Assembly: GCF_009914755.1 (NCBI RefSeq)
Contig: NC_060928.1
Direction: 5' to 3' (one strand)
Length of the DNA stretch: 64,000 nucleotides
DNA from: the human T2T-CHM13v2.0 reference genome, Homo sapiens
Each line of letters opens with the position of its first letter. Position 1 is the stretch's first letter. Position numbers and translations under genes: made by a program. Below the pieces are notes generated by a model that had not been told where the DNA came from, did no database searches, and saw only the letters and a program-made list of their open reading frames with translations. Of the stretch, positions 1 through 17,187 are shown piece after piece.

Positions 1-2510
<2,510 letters not shown>

Positions 2511-2537
2511 CTTAAAAAATAAATAAATAAATTCTGA

Positions 2538-2720
2538 AGGTGGGGTGGGAGGCAAGGGGAGGGAGAGCATTAGGACAAATACCTAATGCATGCAGAGCTA
2601 AAACCTAGATGATGGGTTGATAGGTACAGCAAACCACCATGGCACATGTATACGTATGTAACAAACCTGCACGTTCAGCACATGTATCCCAGAACTTAAA
2701 GTAAAATAAAATAAAATAAA
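2538..2720 (+). mobile_element. Short 3' end of an older L1PA (L1PA7/8-like)
   Basis: gcattaggacaaatacctaatgcatg...aaacctagatgatgggttg...cagaacttaaagtaaaataaaa; similar flanks aaataaattctga / aaataaattttga may be a TSD. Confidence 0.88.
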
Positions 2721-3123
2721 TTTTGAGAGCTTTTATGCAATGACTTGTTTTCTGTCATGTATGGTTTGAAAGGATGGTGATGATGGTAGTTATTTTTGGC
2801 AACTATAAGTCTAAGGGAGCTCACGACCACTGGTAAGGTCATCAGAGCTCAGGTGCAGGTTCATTTCTGCTTCAGAGTCCAGCCCCTACTCCCACAAACC
2901 CTCCTTTCTCCTTAAATGGAAAAATACCTGCATGTTTTATATGAGAACTGAATACTGAAGTTGGAAGATGCCTGTGCAGCCCCTTCTAGGACATTTGTCC
3001 TCATGCTTTAGAGGGTTCCAAATCCCCGAATGGGCTTATTGAATCACAGTTTGCTGGGCTCCACTCCCAGGCTTGTTGACCCAGTAGGTCTAGGGTGGGG
3101 GCTGAGAATTTGCACTACCCAGG

Positions 3124-3886
<763 letters not shown>

Positions 3887-5102
3887 TCAAGTGATGCTGA
3901 TGCTGTTGGTCTGGGCATCACAGCTTGAGAACCATTGTTCCAGGAAAAAAGGAAAGAAGGCCAAGTACCTCTCCATAGGCAAAAATAGAAGAATTTGGGT
4001 GATAAGTATTCTTGAAAAACATACTTAACAGTCAAAGATAGACACACCACCCTTGCTTGACCAATCACTCTCTCTTCTGGGACTTTAGGTTGTTAGCAAG
4101 AGACGCAGACTCAAACATACAGCATTTCTTCTTCCCAGTGCTGTGACCAGGCATCACTGTGGACAGGTGTCATGGTTCAATTGCCTAGCCTGAATCCTAT
4201 CCACTTTCAGGCCAGTTCTCCAGCCTCCTTGAGATTTTGTGAGTCCCCAGTATCCTTCCAATAAATCCCTTTTTGTAAAATTACTGAGTCCATTTCTGTT
4301 GCTTGCAAATCTCTTGTCTTCATATGTGTCCTTGAAGTGGTCTGTACTTAGCTGGGTTAAAGAGGAATGAGAACTTATTTACTTTGATTTTTGAATCATT
4401 CAAACATAACACTTTTCAATTAAAATATCTTGGTTTTTTTCCTAATTATAAAAGTAATGCAAACATTGCAACAAATGGCGGGTACTTGGTAAAGATATTT
4501 TTTAAAATCTTTTTGATTGACTTTCCATTGGTTAAAACGCAGTTGCATAGCTAGTGAGAAAATAAAATGTTGATTAACTAAAGGATGTTCCTTTGAGAAA
4601 GGAATATATGTTAAATGGCAGTCTAAGGAGTCCACAGTGAATATATGACCACTTTATCCTAGCGTGGGTAGGAGCTTCATCTCTGCCATCCTAGTGGGCA
4701 AGTTAATATTAAGGCCAGCTTTGTGATTAGTCTAAAGATTTGCCTGAAAAATCTTATTTATGTTAACTACAGATGCACTTTTAGAGTTTAAGACTTAGGT
4801 TTTTAATACACAATTACTTGTGGTGCCCGCATATTCATATGTACTCATAGATTTTCCTCTCCGAACTGTGAATTATTTCCTCTTTGTAATGCCATCTGCT
4901 TCCTCCACCCAAGCCACTTTACAATGCTTTCCTAAAGTCGATTTCAATAGCTTCCTCTCTGCCCAGGAAAACAGGTTCCTGTGCAGGACAGTAATAATAT
5001 TTTTGCAATCTTTGGATAAATTATGTTAATTTTCCCCCTTTATTAATTTACTAATGCATTGAAAGAATCTCAGCTGAATTTTCATCCTTGCTTTTTGCTT
5101 AG

Positions 5103-5465
5103 TGATATGGTTTGGCTGTGTCCCCACCCAAATCTCATCTCAAATTTTTGTTCCCATAATCCCCACATGTCATGGGAGGGACAGGGTGAGAGGTAATTTA
5201 GTCATGGGGGTGGTTACCCTCATGCTGTTCTCATGATAGTGAGTGAGTTCTCATGAGATCTGATGGTTTTATAAGGGGCTTTTCCTCTTTTTGCTTGCTG
5301 CCGCCATGTGAGGAAGGACATGTTTTCTTCCCCTTCTGCCATGACTGTAGGTTTCCTGAGGCTTCCCCAGCCATGCTGAACTGTGAGTCAATTAAACCTC
5401 TTTTCTTTATAAATTACCCAGTCTCAGGTATGTCTTTATTTGCAGTGTGAGAACGGACTAATACA
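5103..5465 (+). mobile_element. THE1 (THE1D-like) MaLR solo LTR
   Basis: tgatatggtttggctgtgtccccacccaaatctc ... ggactaataca termini. Confidence 0.93.
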
Positions 5466-6384
5466 TGTAGAGAACTCCTCCCTCCTAACCTACAAAAAGT
5501 CACAGATGTCTATGTCAAACTGGACTCCCATGAAGTCCTCCCCACGTCTATCCTCCTCTTCCATGAAATCCAAGCCAGGGTTGCCTGAATCACCTCATCC
5601 TCAACAACATTTCTCAGAATAGGAAATATTCAAAATTTGCCACCACTCATCTTGTGGGCTTCATATAAAAAATACAAAATGCTACCTTTTAAAAATTAAA
5701 AAGCCAGTAAATTACCTTCCAAGATTCAATCTGAGTTTAGAAAATTCATTACAATGAAAAAAGAAGGAGGATTTTTTTTTTTATTGCAGATAGTTAGTGG
5801 CATTGATGGATTATGGCAGAGCCATCCGCAATATGGCCAAATAATTTCACTGGAGAGGATTTTATATAGCTACAGCTAAAATTCAATGAACTGATTCAGA
5901 AGACTCAGTATAAAATATAACAGTGACTTCGAGTGCCAAATCAATTTGGGGGCTTGAAGGGATAGGGAGAGCCTTCGTTCCCTCCCTGTTCATGGACGTG
6001 ACTTTAACTGGAACTGTAAATTCACAGGCGTAGGAGTGGCAGGCAGTGGGCTACGGCAGGTGATTTAAGAAACCTATCCTGAAAAATCAGAAAGTGGTTG
6101 CAAATAGCTGTCCTTAGAGAAGCGTGTGACTCTGAAGTACATCCAAGAGAGAAAGTTCAAAGGATGTTCTCGAGGACAAATTAGGGATTTGCCATCAGGT
6201 GACAAGGGTTCTAGGTTTACAAATGGATCAACTTGAGTCCTTGTTTTCTACCTCAATCTCCACCCTTGTGAAATAAAAAGGTTGATGCAGAATAACGGCT
6301 TTCACAATGTTGGTTATCTTTGTCTTTTTAATAGTAGGAGGCTTTTTGCTCATGGATTCATCCTACTCTGCTGGATTTTCACTT

Positions 6385-7200
6385 TGCCTCTGCAGACCCA
6401 TGCTCCAGCATTCTCACCCTGCTCTTGCTCCACAATGCTGAGGACTGCATTATTAAACTCCCTTGCCGGCCAGCTTCCACTCAGGTTTAGCCAGCAGGAG
6501 GTGCCCATAGAAGATTGGAGGATGAAATAAGATAGAGGGCAGGATGTTGACACCTACAACTCCCTCCCTCCCAGGCCACTGGTTGGCAGTGGCAGTGCTC
6601 CTGCCCAGTGTCCTCCTTCCACCATATCTCTCTTTTCCTCTCTCTGGGTTCCAGAATCATCCGTGATATGGTTTGGCTGTGTCCCCACCCAAATCTTGAA
6701 TTGTAGTTCCCATAATTCCCACATATTATGGGAGGGACCTGGTGGGAGGTAATTGAATAATGAGGGTGGGTCTTTCTTGTGCTGTTCTTGTGATAGTGAA
6801 TAAATCTCATGAGATCTGATGGTTTTATAAAGGGGAATTTCCCTGCACAAACTCTCTCTTTGCCATCCACTATGTAAGATGTACCTCTGATCTTCGTTCA
6901 TCTTCCGCCATGATTTTGAGGCCTCCCCAGCCACGTGAAACTGTGAGTCAACTAAACCTCTTTCTTTTATAAATTACCCAGTCTCTGGTATGTCTTTATC
7001 AGCAGTGTGAAAACAGACTAATAGAATCCCCTAATCCTGCCCATTCAGACAAGGGTAGCAACGGCTGTTGTTAGCCTCCAGGGCTTCATCATGCCTTTGG
7101 GGTTTCCTGGAACACTGTCCATTCTGTTGGAAATAACCTCTTCATTAAACTCTTCTCAAGACCCCACAGAAATGTGGCATCTCTTTCCTGCTGGGACAGA
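6385..7200. mobile_element. Old ERVL-class LTR (LTR33/LTR16-like), split by THE1
   Basis: ctcccttgcc...gcttcc...ggtttagccagcaggagg and terminal cttcattaaactcttc...catctctttcctgctgggac motifs. Confidence 0.55.
6664..7025 (+). mobile_element. THE1 (THE1B/C-like) MaLR solo LTR
   Basis: tgatatggtttggctgtgtcccc ... cagactaataga; near-TSD atccg/atccc. Confidence 0.93.
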
Positions 7201-7419
7201 TGCAGTCGGAGACTTCTTAGGTAAAACAGACCAGAGAGGCTCTGCCCTGAATGTAGCTGGGGCTTCCGTGCACACAGTATGCCCCACCCTCATGCGTTTA
7301 CAGGGACCTGATCCTGTGCAGAAAGACACTTCCAGCTTCTGAGATTCCTTCCAAATTGTCAGCTGTAGAGAGGTAGTGGTGGCGGGGAGGGGGGGTGGTG
7401 GGGGGACTCCCTCATCTGT

Positions 7420-7570
7420 CATTATTCAAATATATTGAGCTCCTATATTTGTTTATTCACTCATTCAGCTAACACCAGTGGAGCACCTCTACTGACCCAG
7501 ATGCTGTGCTAGGTTCTGAGGTTAAGGGGTAAATAAGATAGAATTCCTAGTCTCAAGGGGCTTACACACA
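7420..7570 (-). mobile_element. L2 3'-end fragment
   Basis: ttattcactcattca...gagcacct...tgtgctaggttctgagg...ctcaaggggcttaca. Confidence 0.6.
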
Positions 7571-8134
7571 TTTGCAAACACACAAGCCAACTACGAAAAC
7601 CTCAGAGCCAGAAAGAAAGGGCCCTGAGATATTTCTCATCCACAGCAGCACTGAGGCCAGGAAAGCAGGACTCGGGCTCTGTCAACCTGAGAGAAAACAG
7701 CAAGAACAGTGCATTGTGGAGTTAGGATCTAATTCCCTGCGTGGGAAGGAAGTGGCAGGCAGGAGAATAAGACCAGTGGGATCTTTCCCCAAGATGTTGT
7801 CAGGGATTCATCCGTGGACTCCCCGGGGCCTGTGACTAAGGTGGGTGGTTGCTTTAGGAACCTGCAGGTGCACAGAGGGGACAGCAGAGGTGGCCGTGAA
7901 GAGAAGGATGGCGACAGAGGTCATAGGTTATGCCAAGGATCAGAGAGTTTGGCTCATACCAGAGGCACATGGCTAAAACCATCTGTGTGTAACAGCCATC
8001 TCTGCAGGGGTCACCCCTGACCTGGAAACTCAAGAGAGAAATTGTTGTCCTGGTAGAAACTGGTAAGGACAGCCTTGACATTCCTCAGCCTCATGAGGTG
8101 GCAGAGAGAGTATGCCAGAGCCCCTGTCTATATC

Positions 8135-8650
8135 ACAGTGAGAATGCAAAGGCTGTGAGCATGAACTCTGGAGCCAAACTGCCCAGGGCTGAATCCAGTC
8201 TTTGCCACTTGCTGCCAAGTAATACTATTTTTGTTTTCAGCCTTCTCATCTGTGAAGGGTGATTCTAATCCAACCTCATAGGTGGGTTGTGAAAATGTAT
8301 TTAATTAGTATCTGCAAAGCACTTAGCACAGTGCCTGACACAGAGTAAGCGCAATGCAAATGTTAGTTGTTATTACTCAACATCACTTTACTATTTTCAT
8401 TTCAGTATGGACCCCAAATCGAGTGGACTCGGGGGTGGGAATATGGCTGATGGGAATGAGCAGAACATTGGAAGGGGAGTGGAGAATCCCAGCCTTTGGA
8501 GTAAGACAAAGATTTAAATCTAAACCCTGCCATGAGCCAGCTCCATAATCTTGGCAAGCACTTAGACCTTCTCCAATCCTCAGTGTTCTCATCTATGAAA
8601 TGGGGATAATTATCGTACTTACCCCTTAGGGTGGCAGTGGAGGGTAATAA
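8135..8650 (+). mobile_element. Two MIR fragments (~8135-8375, ~8475-8650)
   Basis: ctctggagccaaactgcc...ttctcatctgtgaa...aaagcacttagcacagtgcctgacaca; ctcagtgttctcatctatgaaatggggataat. Confidence 0.7.
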
Positions 8651-10256
8651 CAAGTTCCTTTATTTTTCATTTACTCATTCATTCACGTATTCAATAAACA
8701 CATTTTTTCCCCACCATACAAGCTATGTTTACTAAGGAAACAAACTTCTTTCCCAATTCAGGGGTCTGGGGCATGTGTAGCCACCATTCAGAACCTCTAA
8801 TAAGCAGGACCTGGCCAACGTGGCCACAGGAAGTTGACTTAATGAGAATTAAGTCTTCTCATGTCTTGACTGGCTGCTCCCTGTGTTCCTCAAATCTAGC
8901 ATTTGGGAAACAGATTCCCTCAACATCATAGCTCAGCATCTATGTATCTTTGGGGACCCCTTTAGGTTAAAAAGCAGGTGTTGTCAAGCTGGGGGAGTGG
9001 GGAAGGGGGCCTCAGGCAGGGATACACAGGAAATCGCTACCTGCAGTGGGTGATCACCACATGTGTGGGTTCCGTGGGTGCCCAGGCTGTCACCCGGGCT
9101 GCAGGCAGCAAGTGACAGATCCCATGCATGCCTCCTCATTTAAATTCATTCCACAGTCCAGATCTGCCTGCACCCAAGGAGCCTTCAGGGCAAGCTGCCC
9201 CGAATGTTTCCATTCAGAATCATGCATCCCCTCTCATTTTTGGAAGCTTTTAAACTTCAGGGTGGACAGCGTGGCCCTTGGGAATGTGCTTTCATGCATT
9301 AGGAGTCGATTTTAAACAGCAAATATGCCATAGTCAGTCATAGAGGTAAATAATAATACAACTTCAAAAGAGCAGAGCACAAAAGAGAGGCTATTATTAA
9401 TGGGAAAAATAATTTTAAAGTCATATTAAAAAGCCTCAAGTCTAGTGGAAAAAGCCAGGAAATGGGAACAAAATTAGCATTATTATAGCTTTTCATGGTA
9501 ACTTACTCTGGGTTTTTCTGGTGGCTTAAAAAAAGCAGAAAAGAAGGGAAAAGCTGACTGATAACAATTTATCCGACCAAATACATTTCCCATCCCAAAT
9601 GCACCTGTGATAGTGACTGTATTTAAATTGTTTCCTTTTTATATCTGTTTTGTGGCCATTTATACCTCACAGTGTTATTAGAGAAAGCAGCATTTTGTGT
9701 GGAATGGTAAACAGTAAAGCTCTTTGAGGCCTTTCAGAAAGAAGTGCAATTCGAGGGGCAGGAATTATTATTATTAATTTGCATGTTAATAATCCAAATC
9801 TTCACTAAAGCCCACACTGCAGATGCACCCTCTGAAACTCCGCAGAGGTAAGTGCTGTATATTAATGGGGCACCTTTGGTCTTAGAAGAAAAGGAGTTTC
9901 TGTGAAGGACGAGACCTTTTCCTTTCTCAATTTTGAAAGGAGAGTCCTCTTTTTGTTGGGTGCTCATTGCCTTTGCTTCAGTTAAACTGTTCCCTTCTCA
10001 GATCATCCTCTTTCTCATCATTTCACATAAAGTCCCCAACAATTTCTCTCAATTAGGCTTTAGGGCACTCACAACCCCACTCCTCTGGAAGCATGGTGAA
10101 GCATACGTGTACACATCTGTGTGCAGTGTGTGCTAACGTGCACGCCTCAAACCTTCGGCTTTGTTTATACATATGTGTATTCTATTATTAATGGTTTGGA
10201 GCCATTTCAGTTCTGAAGTAGGCGAAATTTAAGTTACTTTTTAAAACATATTTTTT

Positions 10257-10549
10257 GGCTGGGCAAGGTGGCTCATCCCTGTAATCCCAGCATTTTGGGA
10301 TGCCAAGGCAGGAGGATCACTTGAGGTCGGGAGTTCAAGACCAGTCTGGCCAACATGGTGAAACCCCATCTCTACTAAAAATACAACAATTATCCAGGCA
10401 TGGTTGCAGGTGCCTGTAATTCCAGCTATTCAGGAGTCTGAGACAGGAGAATTGCTTGAACCAGGGGGCTGGGCAGAGGTTGCAGTGAGCCAAGATCATA
10501 CTACTGCACTCCAGCCTGGGCGAAAGATCAAAACTCCATCTCAAAAAAA

Positions 10550-10589
<40 letters not shown>
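10257..10589 (+). mobile_element. Alu with long A tail running into (TA)n
   Basis: ggctgggcaaggtggctc ... ccatctc, ~26 A, then ~11 TA repeats. Confidence 0.96.
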
Positions 10590-10862
10590 GTGGTAAAAGA
10601 CACATAACAAAAAATTTACCCTCTTAACCATTTTTAAGTGTGCAATTCATTGATATTAAGTACATTCACGTTGTGCAACCACCACCACCATCCGTCATCG
10701 GAACTCTTTTTATCTTGCAAAACTGAAACTCTGTACCCCTTAAATAACTCACCTTTCCCCCCATCTTCCCCATCCCCTGGCAACCACCATTCTACTTTCT
10801 GTTTCTATAAATTTGGCTACTTCAGACACCTCATGTAAGTGGAATCATAGAGTATCTGTCTT
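10590..10862 (-). mobile_element. L1MB-like 3' end
   Basis: acataacaaaaaatttacc...taaccatttttaagtg...ccctggcaaccaccattctactttctg...aagtggaatcatag. Confidence 0.8.
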
Positions 10863-11374
10863 TTCGGAAGAGATTTTTTATGAGAAGTCTAGGTTTGAGA
10901 ACATCTGTTAGAAGGTGATTGTGATGCCAGTGGAATGTGACTGACAATACTGGGCTGCTCTGTGAGAGCAACCTGACCCTCCAATAAAGTGCTCATTCCC
11001 CCAGTAACAGAACTTGCCCCCCTCCAATTGTTGCCCACTGTCTATTGGGTCCAGAGAAGACTGGCAAGTGGATGACATCTGAGAATTGAAGGGATACCAC
11101 TTCTCTAGCATCTGGCTGGGGGCTCCACTGGAGTAGCAATCAGTGATCAGAACACAGATTCCTGATTTTGGAGGATGGGGCCCTTTTTGCCCACCCTGGC
11201 TCTTGCAAGCTGTGTGCAGCTTCCTCCAGGAACATGTGCATTGTTACAAGTCCCTCCCTCTCCAGCTGAAATGACTTCCAGGAGATTAAAAGGGCTCCCC
11301 CTGCTTCATTTTTGTCTTTTCTGCCTTTTGAGACCCAAACATTAAAGACTAAGGCATTCAAAAACAACTGCCTG

Positions 11375-12135
11375 TACTAGCAAAATTAGAAAGTGACTGT
11401 GCATAGCCAGGAAAAGGCACATGCTCAGAAAAGACCCCAAAAGACCTCAAGTTTATACCTCAACCTGATCCTTGGCAAACAGCAAACTCTAGAGAAGCAA
11501 GATGATCTGATTTCTAGTAGTACCGGATTATTATATACAAATGTCTAGTTTTCAACAAAAATACTTCAAAGCATGCAAAGTATGGCCTATTCAGAGGAAA
11601 AAATAATAATCAGCAGAAACTGTCCCTGAAAAAGACCTGATGCCAGCTCTACTTGCCAAAGACTTTAAAACAACTGCCTTAAAGATTCTCAAAGAACTAA
11701 AGGAAGATGTGGAGAAAGTCAAGAAAATGATGTCTGAACAAAAGGGAAATATCAAGAAGAGAGAAAAGCTAAAAAGAAACCAAAAGAAATTATGGTACTG
11801 AAAAGTATAATAACTGAAACAAAAGGCTCACTAGAAAGATTCAAAGAGAGATTTGAGCAGGCAGAAGAAAGAATCAGTGAACTTTAATTTAGGATGATGA
11901 AAATTATTAGTCTGAGGAACAGAAAGAAAAAAGATGGAAAAAAAAAAGTGAACAAAGCCTAAAGAACCTATAGGACACATTGTGGAGGTCCCAGAAGGAG
12001 AAGAGAGAGAAAGGGACCAAGAGAATATTTGAAGAAATAATGGCTGAAAACTTCCCAAATTTTATGAAAGACATTAATATAAACATCCAAGAAGCTCAAC
12101 AAGCTCCAAGTAGGATAAACTTAGAAAAGACCCAT
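11375..12135 (+). mobile_element. Old L1M 5' UTR/ORF1 fragment
   Basis: ORF1-like IFEEIMAENFPNFMKDININIQEAQ in ORF 11980-12309; A-rich ORF1 coiled-coil region upstream. Confidence 0.8.
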
Positions 12136-13371
12136 AGACAGCTTCAAGACAGCCCTGCCCCCATGGCTTTGCTGGGTACAGCCCAGGCTTCATGCATTGA
12201 AGTCATATACTTGCAGATTTTCCAGGCAGATGCTGCATGCTGGTGGTTCTACAGTTCTGAGGTCTCAGGGATGGCCCTGCCCCCAAGACTCCACTATGTT
12301 TTGTGCTAGTGAGGGCTCTCTGTAAGCTCTGCCTCCGTGGTAGGTCTCTGCCTGGGCTCTGAGACTATCCAAGATATCCTTTTAAATCCATGTGGAGGTA
12401 GCCATAACTCCACAGCTTGTACACTCTGCATGCCTGCAGCATTAGCACCATGTGGATGCCACCAAAGTTCACCACTTGTGCTTTCCTGAGTGGTGGCTTG
12501 AGCTGCACCTAGGCCCACTTGAGCCACAGCTGGATTTTTTCTAATGCAAGGAGTACTGCATTGGAATGCAGGGAGCAGAGATTCAAGATGGCCCTGAGCA
12601 GTGAGTCCTGAGGCCCCCTCCCTAGAAACAGTTCTGTCCCCAAGGTCCTAGCACTCTGGGCCTGTGATAAGCATGGCAGCACTGAAGAGCTCCAAAATGC
12701 CTTCAGTGTCATTCTCCCACTGTCTTGATGAATAGCACCTGGGTGCTTTCTATTCATACTGATCTTATCAAATGGTTGCTTGGTCATACTCTTGGTTTTC
12801 TCCCCTAAACATGCTTTTTAATTATTTACATGGTTAAACTGAGAATTTTTAAAATTTCTACATTCTGCTTCCCTTTTAATTATAAATTAAATAATTTCTC
12901 TACATTTTATTATAAGTAGTTAAGATATACAGTATCTCAGATGCCTTGCTGCTGGTATTTGTTATAGCAACACCCTGCTTCTGGTACCAACTTTTGTCTT
13001 ACTCCATTTGTGTTTCTATAACAGAATATCTGAGACTTGGTGATTTATGGAGAAGAAAAGTTTATTTTTCTCTTGGTTCTGGAGACTGGGAGGTCCAGGA
13101 TCAAGGCACTAGCATTTGGTGTCTGGTGAGGGCCTTCTCACTGCATCCTTCCAGAGGGGAGGAACCTTCTCTCCTCACACAGCAGAAGGCAGAAGGGCAA
13201 AAAGGGCAAACTACTCATATTCTGCATTTGAGTAGCCTCTTTCATAGAGCCTTAGTTCCATTAATGAAGAAGGAACCCTCAAGGCCTAGTCACTTCTTGT
13301 AGACCCTAACTCTTAATACTATCACATTGACAACACGTGAATTTTGGAGAGGACACATTAAAACCATAGCA
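12136..13371 (-). mobile_element. MST-family MaLR: LTR (12995-13371) plus adjoining internal sequence (12136-12994)
   Basis: Reverse LTR tgtcttactccatttgtgtt...aaaccatagca; MaLR internal junction ctggtaccaac; MST-int-like gccccatggctttgctgggtacagccc. Confidence 0.8.
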
Positions 13372-13830
13372 ATGAGGAAATAACCCAAGTATCCATCAAC
13401 AAAAGAATGAGTTAGAAAAATGTGATATGTACATACAATGAAATATTATTCAGCCTTAATAAAGAAAGAAACACTGACACATACTACAACATGGATGAAC
13501 CTTGAGAATATTATTTTAAGTAAAATAAGCCAGTCACAAAAAACAAAAACAAAAACAAATATTGTATGATTCTACTTATATGAGGTACTTAGAGCAGTCA
13601 AAATTATAGAGACAGAAAGTAGAAGGGTGGTTGCCAGAATCCAGGGGAGGAAGAAATGGAAAGTTGCTGTTCAATGGTAATAGAGTTTCAGTTTTTCAAG
13701 ATGAAAAGAGTGATGGAGATATGGTGGCAATGGTATTAAAAAATATTATGAATGTATTTAATGCCACTGAACTGTACTCTTAAGGTTACATGGTAAAGTT
13801 TATGTTTTGTGTTTTACCACAATAAAAAGT
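13372..13830 (+). mobile_element. L1MB-like 3' end
   Basis: aacccaagtatccatcaac...tacaacatggatgaaccttgag...ataagccagtcacaaaa...ttttaccacaataaaa. Confidence 0.85.
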
Positions 13831-13899
13831 TTGAAGAAAATTCTTATAGAGACTTCAGTTGAGTAACACTTTATTCACACCCTTCCTACAACCCCAAAT

Positions 13900-16440
13900 A
13901 GAGGAACACAATCTTTGCTTGAATCTTCATCTAAGGAGATGGCAGAAAGTTTAATGCATATATTAGACTCTAGCGGTGGTTCTGAAATAATTGGAGCCCA
14001 ATTGTTAGACTACTGAGAGGCAAAAATATAGGCCTCAAGGTTTTCATGTATCATCTCCCAAATTAACTGGGTGTATGCTGAGTCATTTCTCCTTTTGCTG
14101 CCTTAGAGGACAAAGTTCTTGTGAGATGACAGCAAACCTAGTTAACACAAACTAACCCCATAACAAGGATTTCTCTGAACTTGCCCCAGGCCTGATAGTT
14201 CCAACTCACCCTCTCGGTGACCCTCTATTAACATATGTAAAGACTTTCAAAGTGACTTCTAAAGCTATCTTGTTCATTTAAAGGCTGCTGACAACCTTCT
14301 GACTCTTCTCCAGCCTAAACTTCTGAATTACTATATTGCCATTCTTGCGAGAGCTAAACCAGACCTAGGTAATTTCGGGCTATTAATATAAATTTCTTTA
14401 GTGATCCATTACCTCAGCTCTCCCCAGTATGCACCCACACACATACCTTACCTGGGGCCCTCCATGCCTATTATATCGATGATATCATAGCAATTGGGCC
14501 CAGTGAGCGAGAAGTACTATGGATGCCACAGTAGGACACTCTAGGAGATGGGAAATAAACCCTACGAAGGATCAGGGGTCTGCCACATTGATTAAATTTA
14601 TAGGTGTTCAGTGGCCTGAGGCAGGCCATGACATTTCATCCAAAGTAAATAAATAAACAAATAAATTTATTGTATTTTGAATCGCCTACCACTAAGAAGG
14701 AAGCAGAAACTTGGCGGGTCTCTTTGGGTTCTGGAAGTAGCATACTTCATTCACACTTGAGAAAGCGTATACAATCTAATTTATCAGCTGACCTGAGGCT
14801 TTTAGCTTGAACGGGGCCCAGAGCATGAAAGAGCTCAGTACTAGGCCTAGGCTACAGTATAAGCATCCCTGCTATTTGAGCTATGTGACCAAGAAATCCC
14901 ATGGTACTAAGCACATCACAAAAAGATACTGTGTGGAATCTCTGGCTCCAACATTGGAGCTCAAATCCCTAGAATTATGGAATAAAGCCATGAAATCTAT
15001 GGCAGAGAACTCTACTCAAAACACAGCTCCTGGCATACAACTGGGCTCTGGTAGAAACTATCTGACCATGAAGTATCATGTGGCCAGAGCTGTCTTTTAT
15101 AACCTGAGAACTGTTAAATCCACCAAGCAACAAAATCAGGCACATCCAGGGACCTTCCATTGTTAGATAGAAATGGTACCTCTGGGGTTAGAGGGCATAA
15201 GTCATCTCCCCAAACCAGTAGCACAGATCCTCATGTAATCTACCAGTGTTTCATTGACTCTCCTCTTTAAGCTCACATGTATAACTTTATGAGAGGTTCT
15301 CTACAACTAGCTGAAGGAGGAGTATTAAGCCCAAACTCAGCCTACTGATTTATTGACTTGATATGAAGGTGTTGGCCTAAAAGGGACCACCACCATAGTA
15401 CAATCCCATTCAGGGACAGCCCTAAAAGACTGGGGCCAGTGTACCTGGTTGTCTATTTTCCATGGAGCAATAAGAAATTTAAGTCAACGGAATACATGTA
15501 TTCATAAGCAATGAGCAATGCTTACATCACGGGTTAGCAAACTCTGATCCATAGGCAAAATCCAGGCCAATGCCTATTTTTATAAATAAAGTTTTATGAG
15601 AACATAACCATGTCTGTTCATCTCCATATTGTTTGTGGCTGCATTTGCAAGAATGGCAGAGTTGCAACAGAAACTGGATTGCTTACAAAAGCAAAAATAT
15701 TTACTATCTGGTCCTTTACAGAAAAAGTTTGCTGACTCCTGACTTACATAGTTAATAAGGGAATGGGAAGAAGCAAGATTGGAAGATTCGGAATGGGAAG
15801 GTCTAGGAAGGATGTGGGTGGACTCCTGAGAGTAGACATCAAGTATAGTATCTTCATATAGTACACCCAAGTTCACCAGAGAGTATCTGGTGCAAAAGAG
15901 ACATTAAACAACCAAAGGGGCTGGTGCCTCAGCCAGTAGACATCAGGAAATGTCTGTCCTTGGTCATCCCAGTTTTTATGCAATAGGTTCATGAATGAAG
16001 TAGTCACAGTGGCAGATATAGAAGCTCTTTATGACTCAATGGCATAGGTTCTTTCTCACCAGGGCTCATTGACCTACTAATGCTGCTGATATGTGATTTG
16101 CCAACAGTAGAGACGAATACTTAGCCCTGCATATGGTAGCGTACCTTGAAGAGTCCAACTAGCCACACTGAAGCAAATTGATTATACCAGAAGACTTTCC
16201 TTTGGAAACGGCAGTGCTTTATCATGATCAGGATTGTTTCTTCTAGATGGTTTGCCTTTCTGCCTGCAGTGCCTCAGACTACCTATCTGAAGCACCACTA
16301 TCTAAAGCTCACAAAGTGTCTGATTGCTAACATTGGGATCCTACATTACATTTCTTCAGACCAAAGACCCACTTTACAACAAAAGAGATGGGCACATAAC
16401 ATTGAGATCCACTAATTCTATCAACTATTCCACCATCCAG
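13900..16440 (+). mobile_element. Highly decayed ERV-L-class internal (pol) sequence
   Basis: Degenerate ERV-L RT/tether codons: ggatgggaaataaaccctacgaag (WEINPTK), aaatttataggtgttcagtgg (KFxGVQW), cctaccactaagaaggaagcag (PTTKKEA), ctctttgggttctgg (LFGFW); integrase-like tcagaccaaagacccacttt near 16356. Confidence 0.7.
15528..15741. mobile_element. MER58-like hAT element inside the ERV-L relic
   Basis: Terminal repeats gggttagcaaact ... aagtttgctgactcctg; tttactatctggtcctttacagaaaa. Confidence 0.8.
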
Positions 16441-16665
16441 ATCTGACAGTTGACAAGGACGTTAAAAGTCATTATAATCATTTTCATATGTTGTAAGATA
16501 TCTTAAAAGACTCAACTCTAACTTCCAGAGATTAAAACTATAATACTTGAGGTAAAAAAAAATGCACTATATGCAATTCATGGATGATTCGATATTGCAG
16601 AATTAGTGAAGATCAAGGCATAGCTATAGAAAGTATCCAAAATGAAAAACAGAGAAGAAAAAAAA

Positions 16666-17187
<522 letters not shown>

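Noticed and set aside
5103-7025. Two THE1 LTRs 1.2 kb apart as one THE1 element
   Set aside because: They differ in subfamily features, the second has its own near-TSD inside another LTR, and the sequence between is not THE1 internal.
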